Assembly: GCA_039921525.1 (NCBI GenBank) | Contig: JBDSBP010000575.1 | Coordinates: 4,712 to 68,711, forward strand | DNA from: Chitinophagaceae bacterium | GTDB lineage: Bacteria; Bacteroidota; Bacteroidia; Chitinophagales; Chitinophagaceae | Length of the DNA: 64,000 bases | Direction: 5' to 3' | Shown: piece by piece, positions 44,417 through 55,028 of the stretch | How the letters are laid out: each line of letters opens with the position of its first letter | How positions within the stretch are numbered: position 1 is the stretch's first letter | Translations under genes and position numbers: made by a program | Notes under the pieces: model-generated | What the model was told of the DNA's origin: nothing | Seen by the model: only the letters and a program-made list of their open reading frames with translations | Database searches by the model: none

Positions 44417-44773
44417 TTACAAATACACATCTTCTATAAAAAAGAAATCGGGGATATCATTATTTCCTACTGAAATGGATAATATATCATACTGAATTCT
44501 CTCCCATCCGGGAAACTGGTATAAAAATTCATCTGCAGCATTCATCATTTTTTCGAGTTTCTTTTGATCAACGCTTTCTTCGGGCAGCCCAAATCGCTGA
44601 CTGCGCCTCGTTTTAACCTCAATGAAATGTAGAATACCAGTTTTTGAAGCGATGATATCTATCTCATAATATGAATGTTTCCAATTAAGATGTAAAATAT
44701 TAAAAGCCCTCTCCTCCAGGAATGTTTTTGCCATTGCTTCACCAATTCTTCCCAGTTCGTTGTGCGATGCCAT
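44417..44773 (-). CDS. yraN: YraN-family endonuclease (UPF0102)
   Basis: GRIGEAMA..YEIDIIA..IHFIEVKTR motifs. The ATG at 44771-44773 is preferred over the track start. Confidence 0.8.
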   Translation of the reverse strand: MASHNELGRIGEAMAKTFLEERAFNILHLNWKHSYYEIDIIASKTGILHFIEVKTRRSQRFGLPEESVDQKKLEKMMNAADEFLYQFPGWERIQYDILSISVGNNDIPDFFFIEDVYL

Positions 44774-44809
44774 TTTTGTTTTATTTTGGAGGATAAATTC
44801 CAATTACGA

Positions 44810-46027
44810 ATGAATACTAAAAATACCTTATTCAAACTGAGCGGCAAAGTGCAGCATTACCAATGGGGCGGTTATACTTTTATACCAGCACTGTTAGGCA
44901 TACCTAACAATGAAGCAAAACCATTCGCCGAGTACTGGCTGGGCGCACATGATAATTATCCATCTGCAGTTATTGGGGCGGAACCTTCCTTTTTGAATGT
45001 TCATATTCAGGAAGATCCGGGGGTATTGGGCAAGCAGGTAAAGCAACAATTCGGCAGGTTGCCCTACCTGTTAAAGGTGCTGGATGTTAAAGACATGCTT
45101 TCTATCCAGGTACATCCTTCCAGGAAGATGGCCGTGCTTGAATTTGAAAAAGAAAACAAAGCAGGCATCTCTCTGCAGGACGCTAAAAGAAACTACAAGG
45201 ATGATAATCATAAACCGGAACTCATGCTGGCGCTAAGTGATTTCTGGCTTTTGCATGGGTTTAAATCAGAAGAAGGCATCAGGGAAGTTATCAGAGCTGT
45301 CAAAGAATTTAATTTTATGCTTCCGTTATTTGATGAAGGGGGGTATGAAAAACTTTATAGAACGGTAATGGAAATGGAGCAGGAAAAGGTGAATGAGATA
45401 TTGCAACCTTTATTAGACAGGATTATTCCTTTATATACTTCAGATGCCCTGCAAAAGAATAGGGCTGATTTCTGGGCAGCCCGTGCCGCGGGTACGTTTA
45501 AGCAGCCTGGCATTATTGATCGCGGCATCTTTTCTGTTTATTTACTCAACCTGGTAACTTTGCAAAAAGGGGAGGCCATCTTCCAGGATGCGGGCGTGTT
45601 ACATGCCTACCTGGAAGGACAGAATATGGAGATTATGGCAAACTCCGATAACGTTTTACGCGGCGGACTTACGCCTAAACATATTGATGTAGCTGAATTG
45701 ATGAAACATGTTGATTTCAGCGCTACCATTCCTGTTGTGATTAAAGGAACAAAGATTGACGATGTTGAAGAAGTGTATTTTTCTCCTTCCGCTGATTTCC
45801 AGCTGTCAAGACTTTTATTACCGACTGAACAAAGTACAGCGATAACCGCAGCCACCACGGAAGTATTTTTTTTGTTGGCTGGAGTAATTGAAATGAAAGA
45901 AGGAGATAATGAAGGCCTTCGCCTGGAAAAGGGAGACGCTGCTGTTGCCTTTGCATGCGCTGACATTACAATACACTGCAAGGTTAACGCAGAGTTATTC
46001 CGAGCCACAGTGCCTTTGGACGCATGA
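44810..46027 (+). CDS. manA: mannose-6-phosphate isomerase, class I
   Basis: YQWGG, LSIQVHP and NSDNVLRGGLTPKH motifs. The ATG at 44810 is preferred, because the track start overlaps yraN. Confidence 0.82.
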   Translation: MNTKNTLFKLSGKVQHYQWGGYTFIPALLGIPNNEAKPFAEYWLGAHDNYPSAVIGAEPSFLNVHIQEDPGVLGKQVKQQFGRLPYLLKVLDVKDMLSIQVHPSRKMAVLEFEKENKAGISLQDAKRNYKDDNHKPELMLALSDFWLLHGFKSEEGIREVIRAVKEFNFMLPLFDEGGYEKLYRTVMEMEQEKVNEILQPLLDRIIPLYTSDALQKNRADFWAARAAGTFKQPGIIDRGIFSVYLLNLVTLQKGEAIFQDAGVLHAYLEGQNMEIMANSDNVLRGGLTPKHIDVAELMKHVDFSATIPVVIKGTKIDDVEEVYFSPSADFQLSRLLLPTEQSTAITAATTEVFFLLAGVIEMKEGDNEGLRLEKGDAAVAFACADITIHCKVNAELFRATVPLDA

Positions 46028-46065
46028 TAACTTATTGATGGTTGATTTGTAGGGTGACCGTTTAA

Positions 46066-46312
46066 GACTTTCGAAGTGCCAATGACAAGTATAGACGCTG
46101 ACTTCCGAAGTTTGTAAAACTTCGAAAGTCTGACATAGAGGTTCTCAATTAAGACTTTCGAAGTCTTAGAGACTTCGGAAGTCAACCCAAAATATTGTGT
46201 TTTTGGGTCAGATCCTGGTTTAAATCTATAAGGTTTGAACTCGAAGTGCCGACACTAAAAACGCAAACCTTATAGGTTTTTATGCGACAGTTTGTCAATT
46301 GATCATCTATTT
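46066..46312 (+). repeat. dispersed structured repeat, copy 2, preceded by extra GACTTYCGAAGT hairpin modules
   Basis: 46153-46312 aligns by eye with the reverse complement of 23161-23323. Hairpins lie at 46100-46130 and 46153-46183. A solo arm lies at 46066-46077. Confidence 0.75.
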
Positions 46313-46372
46313 TTAACCAAGATCAATTTTCAGGTTTTAAGATGAAATGAGTCAATTAAAGCGATAATGCGC

Positions 46373-46380
46373 TATTTTTG
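46373..46380 (+). promoter_or_regulatory. candidate -7 box (TAnnTTTG)
   Basis: TATTTTTG lies 21 nt upstream of the ATG at 46401. Confidence 0.4.
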
Positions 46381-46400
46381 AAGTTCTATTTTGTTTTTAT

Positions 46401-46961
46401 ATGAAAATGAATAAATCAATAATCTGGTCGCTGGTACTCTTAATTATTGTAGCAGCTTTTTACAGGATAATACCTAACCGTCCTTATGGTTTTGCGCCCC
46501 ACCTGGCAATGGCCCTGTTTGCCGGCACAATAATTAAAGATAAAAAATGGGCTTTTGCATTACCTCTGTTCTCAATATTTCTTTCCGATCTTCTTTATGA
46601 AGTATTGTATATGAACGGGTTAACTGAAATACGTGGTTTTTACGATGGGCAGATAACTAATTACATTTTATTCACCGGTATCACCTGTATTGGCTTCCTG
46701 ATGAAGCGCGTAACTGGAATTCGTGTTTTAGGATTTGCATTTTTTACAGCTACCGTTTTTTTCCTGGCTTCTAATTTTATGGTGTGGATAAACGGGGCAG
46801 GATTTATTCGCCCCAAAACATGGAGCGGCTTATTGCAATGTTATACCGATGCTTTACCCTTTTACCGGGGAAGTTTGATCGCGACTGTTACTTTTAGTAT
46901 CATTTTATTTGGCGGCTATTATTTTTTGTATAAGTCAACTTTTCAAACAAAGACAATCTAA
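46401..46961 (+). CDS. hypothetical polytopic membrane protein
   Basis: 186 aa, about 5 TM helices, PNRPYGFAPHLAMALFAG motif. Family assignment uncertain. Confidence 0.6.
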   Translation: MKMNKSIIWSLVLLIIVAAFYRIIPNRPYGFAPHLAMALFAGTIIKDKKWAFALPLFSIFLSDLLYEVLYMNGLTEIRGFYDGQITNYILFTGITCIGFLMKRVTGIRVLGFAFFTATVFFLASNFMVWINGAGFIRPKTWSGLLQCYTDALPFYRGSLIATVTFSIILFGGYYFLYKSTFQTKTI

Positions 46962-47254
46962 AAGATGTCTTGTCAAAATAAGAGATTCACCATCAGGTAT
47001 TTTTATATATAAGTTCATTATATTCTTTTTTTACAGACAGCTTTGCCAAAAGCTTCGCACTTATGACCCCTTTATCCGTAAATGGCAGATGATTTGCATA
47101 AATATCATTTGTAGTTGTGGTCAGATGATCATTCAAAGAGTTTAATTTTTTTAGAATGTTTCAATTTCTTGTTGTGATTCATAACCATTTGAAATAAGTT
47201 ACCTATTCGTTTTATGGATATTGCTCATTTCAACTTTAAAATAATTTGTTGTAA

Positions 47255-48421
47255 ATGAGGCCAGGAGTTGAAGATATTATTAAGCGTGAAATTGAATTAA
47301 TGTTTGGAAGACGAATAGCCTCTTCCAGGGATTGTATACAATTAAGCGAAGAAATATTTAGAATTACTCATGCCAGGTTAAGTCACAATACCATGAGACG
47401 TTTTTATGGGCTTGTGAAAACAGATTATTCCCCATCCCATTCTACTATTCAAATACTTTGTAATTATTGCGGATTTCTCTCGATTGAAGATGTTGAAAAC
47501 TATAGCACAGAAAAAAACAGCTTTTCAGATTCGCAGGAGCAGAAAAGCCTGCTTAATTATCTTGTAAACCTGTTTAGTGAATCGCCGGTGGATGATGAGA
47601 TAAATGAAACTTTTAAAAGTGTAGTAAAGCAAACAATACTTTTTCTGAATCACCACCCGGCACTGGTGGAGAAGTTTCAAAGTATGGTGGCGAAAACAAA
47701 AAAGGGGCAGGATTATTACTTTGAAAGCTTCGTTAATATAGACAGGCTAAATTCATTCTATGGCAATGGACTTAGATACTACCTGAATGAAAAGGATGGG
47801 CCTGAGGCGAAGGTTTTTGGTAATTCTTTACTTGTTTTCAGGTATTGGTTAACGGAAGATGAAATTAACCTGGAGCGGCATTTTAGACTGGTAAATATTA
47901 ACAGCCTTTATTCTTCCAACGCTAACAATTCGCAAAGCAGGTATTTTGCCTCGCTGCTTTTCTATGAGCACGCAAAAGGAATTTCTTCCACAAATACAGT
48001 GGCAAGTATACAGGAGTATTACGCGGAAATGCATAAAGAAGATATGGCTGCCCAAATTCATTTTGAAATTACCATTGCCGAGGCATTGATTTTAACCGGT
48101 ATTTACGACGAAGGGTTGTTATACACAAATAGCGCAATGAAAAAAATTAATAACGCCGATGACATAGAAGAATCTGCGTTGCAGAATGTTTATTTACTGC
48201 AGGCTGTTGCATTATATAAAACAAATAATTTAGAAAGCGCAAAAGAGACTTATGGGCGAATCCGGCCTTCCGCTTTTAATTTTTTAAGTAAAAAATTGCA
48301 TACCATCCTGTATGGATTTCTTTCTGGCGAATTAGGCAAAAATTCAAATGAACCCGATGAAAGCGCGGGATTGTTAATCTTGGAAACCGGGTTTAGCAGG
48401 CTTGCCAAATTAATTCGGTGA
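47255..48421 (+). CDS. hypothetical protein, possibly a locus regulator (TPR-like C-terminus)
   Basis: 388-aa clean ORF at the head of the polysaccharide locus. No confident family. Confidence 0.45.
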   Translation: MRPGVEDIIKREIELMFGRRIASSRDCIQLSEEIFRITHARLSHNTMRRFYGLVKTDYSPSHSTIQILCNYCGFLSIEDVENYSTEKNSFSDSQEQKSLLNYLVNLFSESPVDDEINETFKSVVKQTILFLNHHPALVEKFQSMVAKTKKGQDYYFESFVNIDRLNSFYGNGLRYYLNEKDGPEAKVFGNSLLVFRYWLTEDEINLERHFRLVNINSLYSSNANNSQSRYFASLLFYEHAKGISSTNTVASIQEYYAEMHKEDMAAQIHFEITIAEALILTGIYDEGLLYTNSAMKKINNADDIEESALQNVYLLQAVALYKTNNLESAKETYGRIRPSAFNFLSKKLHTILYGFLSGELGKNSNEPDESAGLLILETGFSRLAKLIR

Positions 48422-48887
48422 GCCATTATTTACTAAAATCAATAGATTTTGGTCAATAATTTTAAAAAAGAGTAGCAAAATATAAATAATAAATTCTTTA
48501 ATTGGTAGTTTTACCCTACAAGCTATTGAAATATTGGCCCATGTATTGATAATATCTCCATTTATAAGGTTTTTGTCACAGATTGCCTTTGTGAACAAAA
48601 AAGAACATGAACTGTAATCTAATTTGAATTAGTTTTACATTTGAACGGTCGGTTCTGAGTTACAAATGAACGAACGTTCAATCTTCAGTTCGCTATTGAA
48701 GTCCATTCCTGAGATTTACCCTTCGCACACGTATCCAACATTTATTGTAAATTCCTGCGAACATCCATTTCCAATTAACCTCTTTAACTTGTTTGCCATT
48801 AAATCAAGATTTAACAATATATAATTTATTGTTGATTATGGTTTTATAGTTAAACAATTTGTTTTCAACATATAATATTCAGGGTTT

Positions 48888-51224
48888 ATGGAAATTATCG
48901 ACAAAAAGGATAATAAAAAGAATAGTAGTTTAAGTATTAAGCAGTTATGGGTCCGGTATGTTGCGTATTGGCCATTATTTGTTTTATTTTTTGTTATATC
49001 TGTTGCAGGAGGCTGGCTTTATCTCCACTATACAGTACCCATGTATCAGTCATCCGCAAAAATTCTCATTAAAGACGAAAAAAAGGGATCAGAAGATTCG
49101 AAAACGGAAGAGTCATTTAATAGTCTTTCCTCCAAAAAAATTATTGAAAATGAAATGGAAGTCATCCAGTCTTCCTCGCTGATAAATGAAGTGGTAAAAA
49201 CACTTAATTTATATGCGCCTATTTTCGAGGAGGGTAAAATACGGCCATTACCTGCTTATACTACCTCGCCTGTTAAAATACAGGTGCAAAACCCAAATGA
49301 TATAAAGAAAACAGGGAAGGTCTTTTTCAAGTACGATGGTAGAAATCCCAGGGTACTTATGAATAACAATCAATATCCCCTCAATGCATGGGTGAATACC
49401 AAGTATGGCGTTTTAAGATTTATCACCAATACCCGGTATTCAGGAGCCACGCCTAAAAACTTGTACTTCCAGCTGGTAAATCCAAAAAATGTAATGGTGG
49501 ATGTGCAGTCCAAGTTAAAAGTTATTTCAGCCAGCAAATTGTCTACCATATTAAACCTGGTGATATTAGATGAAGTGCCGGAACGTGCAGATGATATATT
49601 GAATGAATTATTGGCGGCTTATAATAAAGCCATCGTTGATGATAAAAATACCTTGGCATCCAATACACTGGCTTTTGTGGAAGAAAGGTTGAGTAATGTT
49701 GGTCGTGATTTGGCCGCCATTGAGCAAAAGGTTCAGAAATATAAAGCTAACCAGGGCGCGATAGATATAGGTACCCAGGGCAGATTGTTCCTGGAGAATG
49801 TAAGTTCCAACGATCAGAAATTGGGACAAATTAATATGCAGACGGCCATTTTAAATAAAGTGGAAGAATATGTTCATTCTAAAAATAACCAGGGTGGTAT
49901 AGTGCCGTCTACCTTAGGAATAAATGATGATGGGTTGTCAACTTTATTAAATAGGTTATCTGATGCCGAAACAAAGTTTGAAACGCTTAAAAAAACCGGT
50001 GTGGCGGTGAATCATCCTTCCATGCTGGCGCTTGAAAATCAAATACAAAAGTTAAAACCGAGTATTTTAGAAAATCTTCAGGGCCAGAAAGCCAGTTTAG
50101 AAGCCGGAAGGGAAAATTTATCTACCACCAACAGTCAATATTCATCACTGCTTCAATCCATACCAAAAAAGGAAAGAGAGCTCGTGGATATCAGTCGCGA
50201 GCAGAATCTTAAAAACGAAATTTATACCTTTCTATCAAAAAAGAGGGAAGAAACAGCCCTGGCCCATGCTTCCACTGTATCCGACAGCAGGGTAGTGGAT
50301 AAAGCCCAATCATCTATACTTCCGGTAAGTCCTAAGAAGAAAGTAGTGTATATGATTGCTTTGACCCTGGCGCTTTTTTTGGGAGTAGGAACAGTAACCG
50401 CCAAGGAAAAATTGATTAATACTATCTTGTTCAGAAATGAAATTGAAGAGTTGACTTCTTTCCCTATCATCGGCGAAATTTCTTACGAAAAATCAAACGC
50501 GTCAATCGTTACCGGTACGGGAAAAAGAACATTTATCGCCGAACAATTCAGGGAGTTGAGAATTGCACTTAACTTTTTTAAAGCAAGTACTAAAAAAAGA
50601 AAAATACTGGTTACTTCTACGATTGCTGGCGAAGGAAAAAGCTTTATTGCCACCAACCTGGCGTTGAGCTTTGCTTTAACAGGAAAGAAAGTAATACTCC
50701 TGGAGCTTGATTTAAACAGGCCCAAATTAAGTATTAACCTGAGTGTTACCAATGATAGAGGTATTTCCGACTATTTGCTTGGAACCAGGGATCCCGAAGA
50801 AATTATAAAGAGAACTGATATACATGAGAATCTTTTTATTATACCTTCTGGTCCCCTTCCCGATAATCCTTCAGAGCTTTTGATGAATGGGAAAATTGAA
50901 GACCTGATGGATTTTTTAAATGGCATTTTTGATTACATCATTGTAGATATTGCCCCCGTCGGACCAGTTACAGACGCTTACGTACTATCCACCTTGTGCG
51001 ATGTAACCTTGTATATCATCAGGCATAAATACACTCCCAAAATATTTGTAGAGAGAATGGATGAAAATAACAAGATCAAAAAATTAAAAAATGTTGCGCT
51101 TGTGTTCAATGGCATCCTTCCGCGTGGTTTTTCCAAAAACAACTATGGTTATGGTTACGGATATGGACATGAGTATAATCAAGACGGCTATTATAGCGTT
51201 TCGAAAAAACTGGTGAAAAAATAA
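48888..51224 (+). CDS. polysaccharide co-polymerase / tyrosine autokinase (Wzc-like)
   Basis: Wzz-like N-terminal TM helix plus periplasmic coiled-coil, a second TM helix, Walker A GEGKS, and a C-terminal Tyr cluster YGYGYGYGHEYNQDGYY. Confidence 0.88.
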   Translation: MEIIDKKDNKKNSSLSIKQLWVRYVAYWPLFVLFFVISVAGGWLYLHYTVPMYQSSAKILIKDEKKGSEDSKTEESFNSLSSKKIIENEMEVIQSSSLINEVVKTLNLYAPIFEEGKIRPLPAYTTSPVKIQVQNPNDIKKTGKVFFKYDGRNPRVLMNNNQYPLNAWVNTKYGVLRFITNTRYSGATPKNLYFQLVNPKNVMVDVQSKLKVISASKLSTILNLVILDEVPERADDILNELLAAYNKAIVDDKNTLASNTLAFVEERLSNVGRDLAAIEQKVQKYKANQGAIDIGTQGRLFLENVSSNDQKLGQINMQTAILNKVEEYVHSKNNQGGIVPSTLGINDDGLSTLLNRLSDAETKFETLKKTGVAVNHPSMLALENQIQKLKPSILENLQGQKASLEAGRENLSTTNSQYSSLLQSIPKKERELVDISREQNLKNEIYTFLSKKREETALAHASTVSDSRVVDKAQSSILPVSPKKKVVYMIALTLALFLGVGTVTAKEKLINTILFRNEIEELTSFPIIGEISYEKSNASIVTGTGKRTFIAEQFRELRIALNFFKASTKKRKILVTSTIAGEGKSFIATNLALSFALTGKKVILLELDLNRPKLSINLSVTNDRGISDYLLGTRDPEEIIKRTDIHENLFIIPSGPLPDNPSELLMNGKIEDLMDFLNGIFDYIIVDIAPVGPVTDAYVLSTLCDVTLYIIRHKYTPKIFVERMDENNKIKKLKNVALVFNGILPRGFSKNNYGYGYGYGHEYNQDGYYSVSKKLVKK

Positions 51225-51417
51225 CGACGATCTGTTCTCATAAATTCTGTCGATACCTGCCTGATGCAGGTGCAACATTCCTGAAAAGGTGAAAATTTAC
51301 GATCCAATCCTCCTGTAATTTCCAAACAATCCTATTGTGTTTAAATATAGTGCAAATGCTTGCCAGGTATGCGTAAACTATCGTAATTAATTATGAATCA
51401 CTTTTAAAAATTAAGGA

Positions 51418-51981
51418 ATGGCAAATATTTACATGAATGCTAAATGGCACATTGTTTTAACGAAGGCAGGTTGTGAGAAAAAAGTGGTTGGCTATTTTCA
51501 AAAAAAACAACTTGAACATTATTGTCCTTTAAACACCTTACCATCATCCGATAACCGGTCAAGAAAACAACAGGAGCCTTTACTTAAATCCTATGTTTTT
51601 GTCAGGATCGATGAAAGCCAGGTGGAGCAGGTTCGTAAAACGTCGGGGGTTATGAATTTCGTTTACTGGTTAAATAAACCTGCAATAATAAAAGAGATGG
51701 AAATTGAAACGATCCGATTTTTTTTACATCAATATCAAACGCTTCACATCGAAAAAACGGAGGTTAATATTAATGAGAATGTAAAGAGCATCAGGGCGTC
51801 TTCGATTACGAAGGAGGGGAATGTTACCGAGATGCTTCATAATTCAATCAAAGCAACATTACCGTCTTTGGGTATTGTGCTCATTGCCAGGATACCAGAA
51901 AATGCCCATACCGGAAAATTAACGTATAATAATATAACATACAATACAGTTGAAAAGCAGATCATTAAAGAGCAGTTTTAA
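51418..51981 (+). CDS. UpxY-type NusG-like transcription antiterminator
   Basis: NGN-domain pattern (WHIVLTKAGCEKKV..CPL..PLLKSYVFVRI) of locus-specific NusG paralogs in Bacteroidota capsule loci. Confidence 0.72.
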   Translation: MANIYMNAKWHIVLTKAGCEKKVVGYFQKKQLEHYCPLNTLPSSDNRSRKQQEPLLKSYVFVRIDESQVEQVRKTSGVMNFVYWLNKPAIIKEMEIETIRFFLHQYQTLHIEKTEVNINENVKSIRASSITKEGNVTEMLHNSIKATLPSLGIVLIARIPENAHTGKLTYNNITYNTVEKQIIKEQF

Positions 51982-52537
51982 ATTGAAGAATTAAAAATTG
52001 CCGTGGAAATGCGAGATGGATAAATTGTGTAAATTTCACACTAACGATTATAAACGTTTGAATTACATAGTTGGTTGAATTTAAATATAAAAGGATTTAA
52101 ATTTTTTAAACTGGGTCAATTACATCATGGAGGGGTTAAACCCACATTCCATGTATTAGACGGATCGAGATAAAAAAAATAATTGATAATGAAGCCTCAA
52201 TGTGACTGAGGGACGGCGAAGCCGTATGATTTTTAGAAGTTAGACTGGGTTTTATTAATAGTTAATACAGGTGATTGAAAGCCGGATAACTTCTGATGGA
52301 TCCATTAAATTGTCTTTTAGTGCAGTATATTTGGAAACGATTTCTGCCATATCGCCGGCAATATATAGATAATTAATTTAATTCCTGACTTCGTTCGCCA
52401 TTCAATAAATTATGGATGGTATCAATAATGAAAATAATAGCATCGTTTTATTTTATAATAAATGTGATGTATCATCAAATCCTGGTTTTTAATACGTGCA
52501 GTTACGTAAAAGCCTAAGCTAATAACTGTATAAGTTC

Positions 52538-54076
52538 ATGAATAAAAAAATATTAAAGTGGAATTTGATTTTTCAATATGGGTATGTTATAACCAGTATA
52601 GTAAGCTCAATAATTTTATTTCCTGTTTATTTAAAGCATATAGATGCAAGTACGCTGGGAATTTGGTTGGCTACTGGTAACATACTTGCCTGGATGACTT
52701 TAGCCGATCCTGGCGTAGGTGATGTGCTTCAACAAAAAATAGCCGAGCTCCGGGGAAAAAAAATGTATAATGAAATTGGCCAAACGATCGGGTCGGGATT
52801 TATCGCTTCCGCATTAATTTTGATTATTTCTATTATTGCAGGTTTTATTTTCTTTTTCCTGATAGGAACCATTATTAATAAAGATGTTTCTCAATACCCT
52901 AACCTGCAGATGGCGCTGGCTCTTTCGATCATCGCCACAGGTATGTCACTGGTTTCATTTAGTGTATCGGGTATTAACCAGGGTATGCATAATTCGGCTC
53001 ACGTGGCAATTGCTTCGTTGATTGCCAACGGGGTATTTCTCGTAGTGAATGTGTTGCTTTTATATTTAGGTTTTGGAGTTATATCAATCGCATTTGCTAA
53101 TTTATGCAGGGCTCTTTTTGTAAATATCTATAATATGGCAGCCTTGCGTAACCTGCTGAAACGAGAAAATTTAAAAGTAACATTCAATCTCGACCATTTT
53201 AAATCATTCATCCGTATTTTTTCATTTACTTCCGTTTCAAGAATAGTGAGCGGATTTTCGTCCAGTATGGACATGATAATCCTGGCAAGATTTATTCCAC
53301 CAGGAATGATTACTATTTTTGAAATAAACAGGAGGCCTATCATTCTAACCCAATCCCTTGTAGGGCGCCATTCCGTTGCGTTAATGCCGTTGATCTCGCA
53401 TGCAAAAGGACTGGATGATAAGAAAGGAATTAATAACCTTATTACCCGGCAGTTTAAATTCTATTCATTGGTTGCTTTATTTATTTCATTTGTATTTTGC
53501 CTGGTGTATCGTGATCTGATTGCGTTATGGACAGGGGCAGATAAATATGCAGGAGATACCATCATGTATTTATTGGTAGCCAACTTTTTCTTTTTCCTGA
53601 TAGGATATTTCATGTCTAATATGGGATACGCTCTGGGTGACATAAAAATGAATAGCGTTATTAACATTACCAAAGGATTGCTACTCGGTGTACTCTTGTT
53701 TTTTGTTGCGAGGAAATATGGAATTATTGGTACACTCACCGCATCGCTCTGTGTGGTATTGATAACAGACTTTTCTTATTTCACCTACAGGCTCTATAAA
53801 ATTGGATACCTGCAATCAACTTTGATAAAAAGCAGCCTGCAGTTGTGGTCAATAATTGTACCGGCTGGTTTACTCTTAGTATGGGGATGTAAAACTTTGG
53901 TGCAGCACATGTTTTCGGAAACGATGTATATCCCTAAATTACTTGTTAGCGGAACAGTTTTTGCCAGCGCCTTTATAATATTATTGGTGTTGGTAGATGC
54001 CGAAGCCCGCGACATTGCCAGGTTAGTACGAGATAAATTCATATTAGCTCCTTACTTCAAATTGAAAAAAGTATAA
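52538..54076 (+). CDS. Wzx-type oligosaccharide flippase
   Basis: 512 aa, about 12-14 TM helices, polysaccharide-locus context. Confidence 0.78.
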   Translation: MNKKILKWNLIFQYGYVITSIVSSIILFPVYLKHIDASTLGIWLATGNILAWMTLADPGVGDVLQQKIAELRGKKMYNEIGQTIGSGFIASALILIISIIAGFIFFFLIGTIINKDVSQYPNLQMALALSIIATGMSLVSFSVSGINQGMHNSAHVAIASLIANGVFLVVNVLLLYLGFGVISIAFANLCRALFVNIYNMAALRNLLKRENLKVTFNLDHFKSFIRIFSFTSVSRIVSGFSSSMDMIILARFIPPGMITIFEINRRPIILTQSLVGRHSVALMPLISHAKGLDDKKGINNLITRQFKFYSLVALFISFVFCLVYRDLIALWTGADKYAGDTIMYLLVANFFFFLIGYFMSNMGYALGDIKMNSVINITKGLLLGVLLFFVARKYGIIGTLTASLCVVLITDFSYFTYRLYKIGYLQSTLIKSSLQLWSIIVPAGLLLVWGCKTLVQHMFSETMYIPKLLVSGTVFASAFIILLVLVDAEARDIARLVRDKFILAPYFKLKKV

Positions 54077-54140
54077 TTATCACTCCAGCTCCTGCTTTCA
54101 AAAGCTCCTTACATAAACTCTTTGATCTTAAATTAAATAT

Positions 54141-54956
54141 ATGGCTAAATTAGTATTACTTCTTCGCGTAAAAGACGGGATTTTCTTTGTCGATGAATGG
54201 ATTAAATGTTTTGAAAAACTGGCAGATGAAATTGTAGTATTGGATAACGGATCTACTGATGGTACGGATGTGATACTGGAAGCTCATCCTAAAGTAGTAA
54301 ACTTCATGCGAACAACAGGATACAATGAAGGACGCGATAAAAAAATGCTGTATGAGGCGGCCAGGAAAAGAAATCCTGATTGGTGCCTTTGGCTGGATGT
54401 AGATGAAATATTTGAAGCTGAACTAACACGCACCGACTTTGACCGGCTTATGAGCAGGAGTTATGTTAATAAGTATGCATTTCGTCGTTTTCATTTTATT
54501 GACAGGGAATATTTTGCCGGCTCATGGTTTCGGTTAAACTATAGCTCGGGTCATGATCGCGTTATGTGGAGAGAACAGTCTTCCGGTTATTTTGAAAATA
54601 AAATACTTGATTCACCCAATGTAAAAGGAATTACGGGTTTGAGGATCAATACCAACTTCCGCCTGAAACATCTTGGTTACATCAGCAAAGAATTGGTGGA
54701 TAAAAAAGCAGAAATTTACCGGGCTATACCCGGTGAAAGAGAAGCCGTGCTCCAGGAAATGTATCTCCAAAATGAGAAAAAAATTAAATGGTCGGATAAA
54801 AGAAATAGTAACCAGGTAGTTTTACTAAACGGCCTTTTGAATACTCTTCAATTTATAAGCTTGTTTCCACGTGGAATGAAAAAAGCAATCAAAATTGTAC
54901 AGGCTCGATTGCCCAAAGAAGCCTCCACAAATAACGCATCACTTAACAAGATATAA
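54141..54956 (+). CDS. glycosyltransferase family 2
   Basis: VLDNGSTDGT motif and a DVDE (DXD-like) motif. Confidence 0.8.
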   Translation: MAKLVLLLRVKDGIFFVDEWIKCFEKLADEIVVLDNGSTDGTDVILEAHPKVVNFMRTTGYNEGRDKKMLYEAARKRNPDWCLWLDVDEIFEAELTRTDFDRLMSRSYVNKYAFRRFHFIDREYFAGSWFRLNYSSGHDRVMWREQSSGYFENKILDSPNVKGITGLRINTNFRLKHLGYISKELVDKKAEIYRAIPGEREAVLQEMYLQNEKKIKWSDKRNSNQVVLLNGLLNTLQFISLFPRGMKKAIKIVQARLPKEASTNNASLNKI

Positions 54957-55028
54957 ATAATAAAAGGTTTTGAAGTGGCAAATTGTGAAATCATTCCAAT
55001 TCGCCGCCTGACTGATTAAGATAACATC

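Noticed and set aside
45607-46185. 192-aa minus-strand ORF
   Set aside because: It is antisense to the well-supported manA gene and runs into the repeat element. This is a typical shadow ORF.
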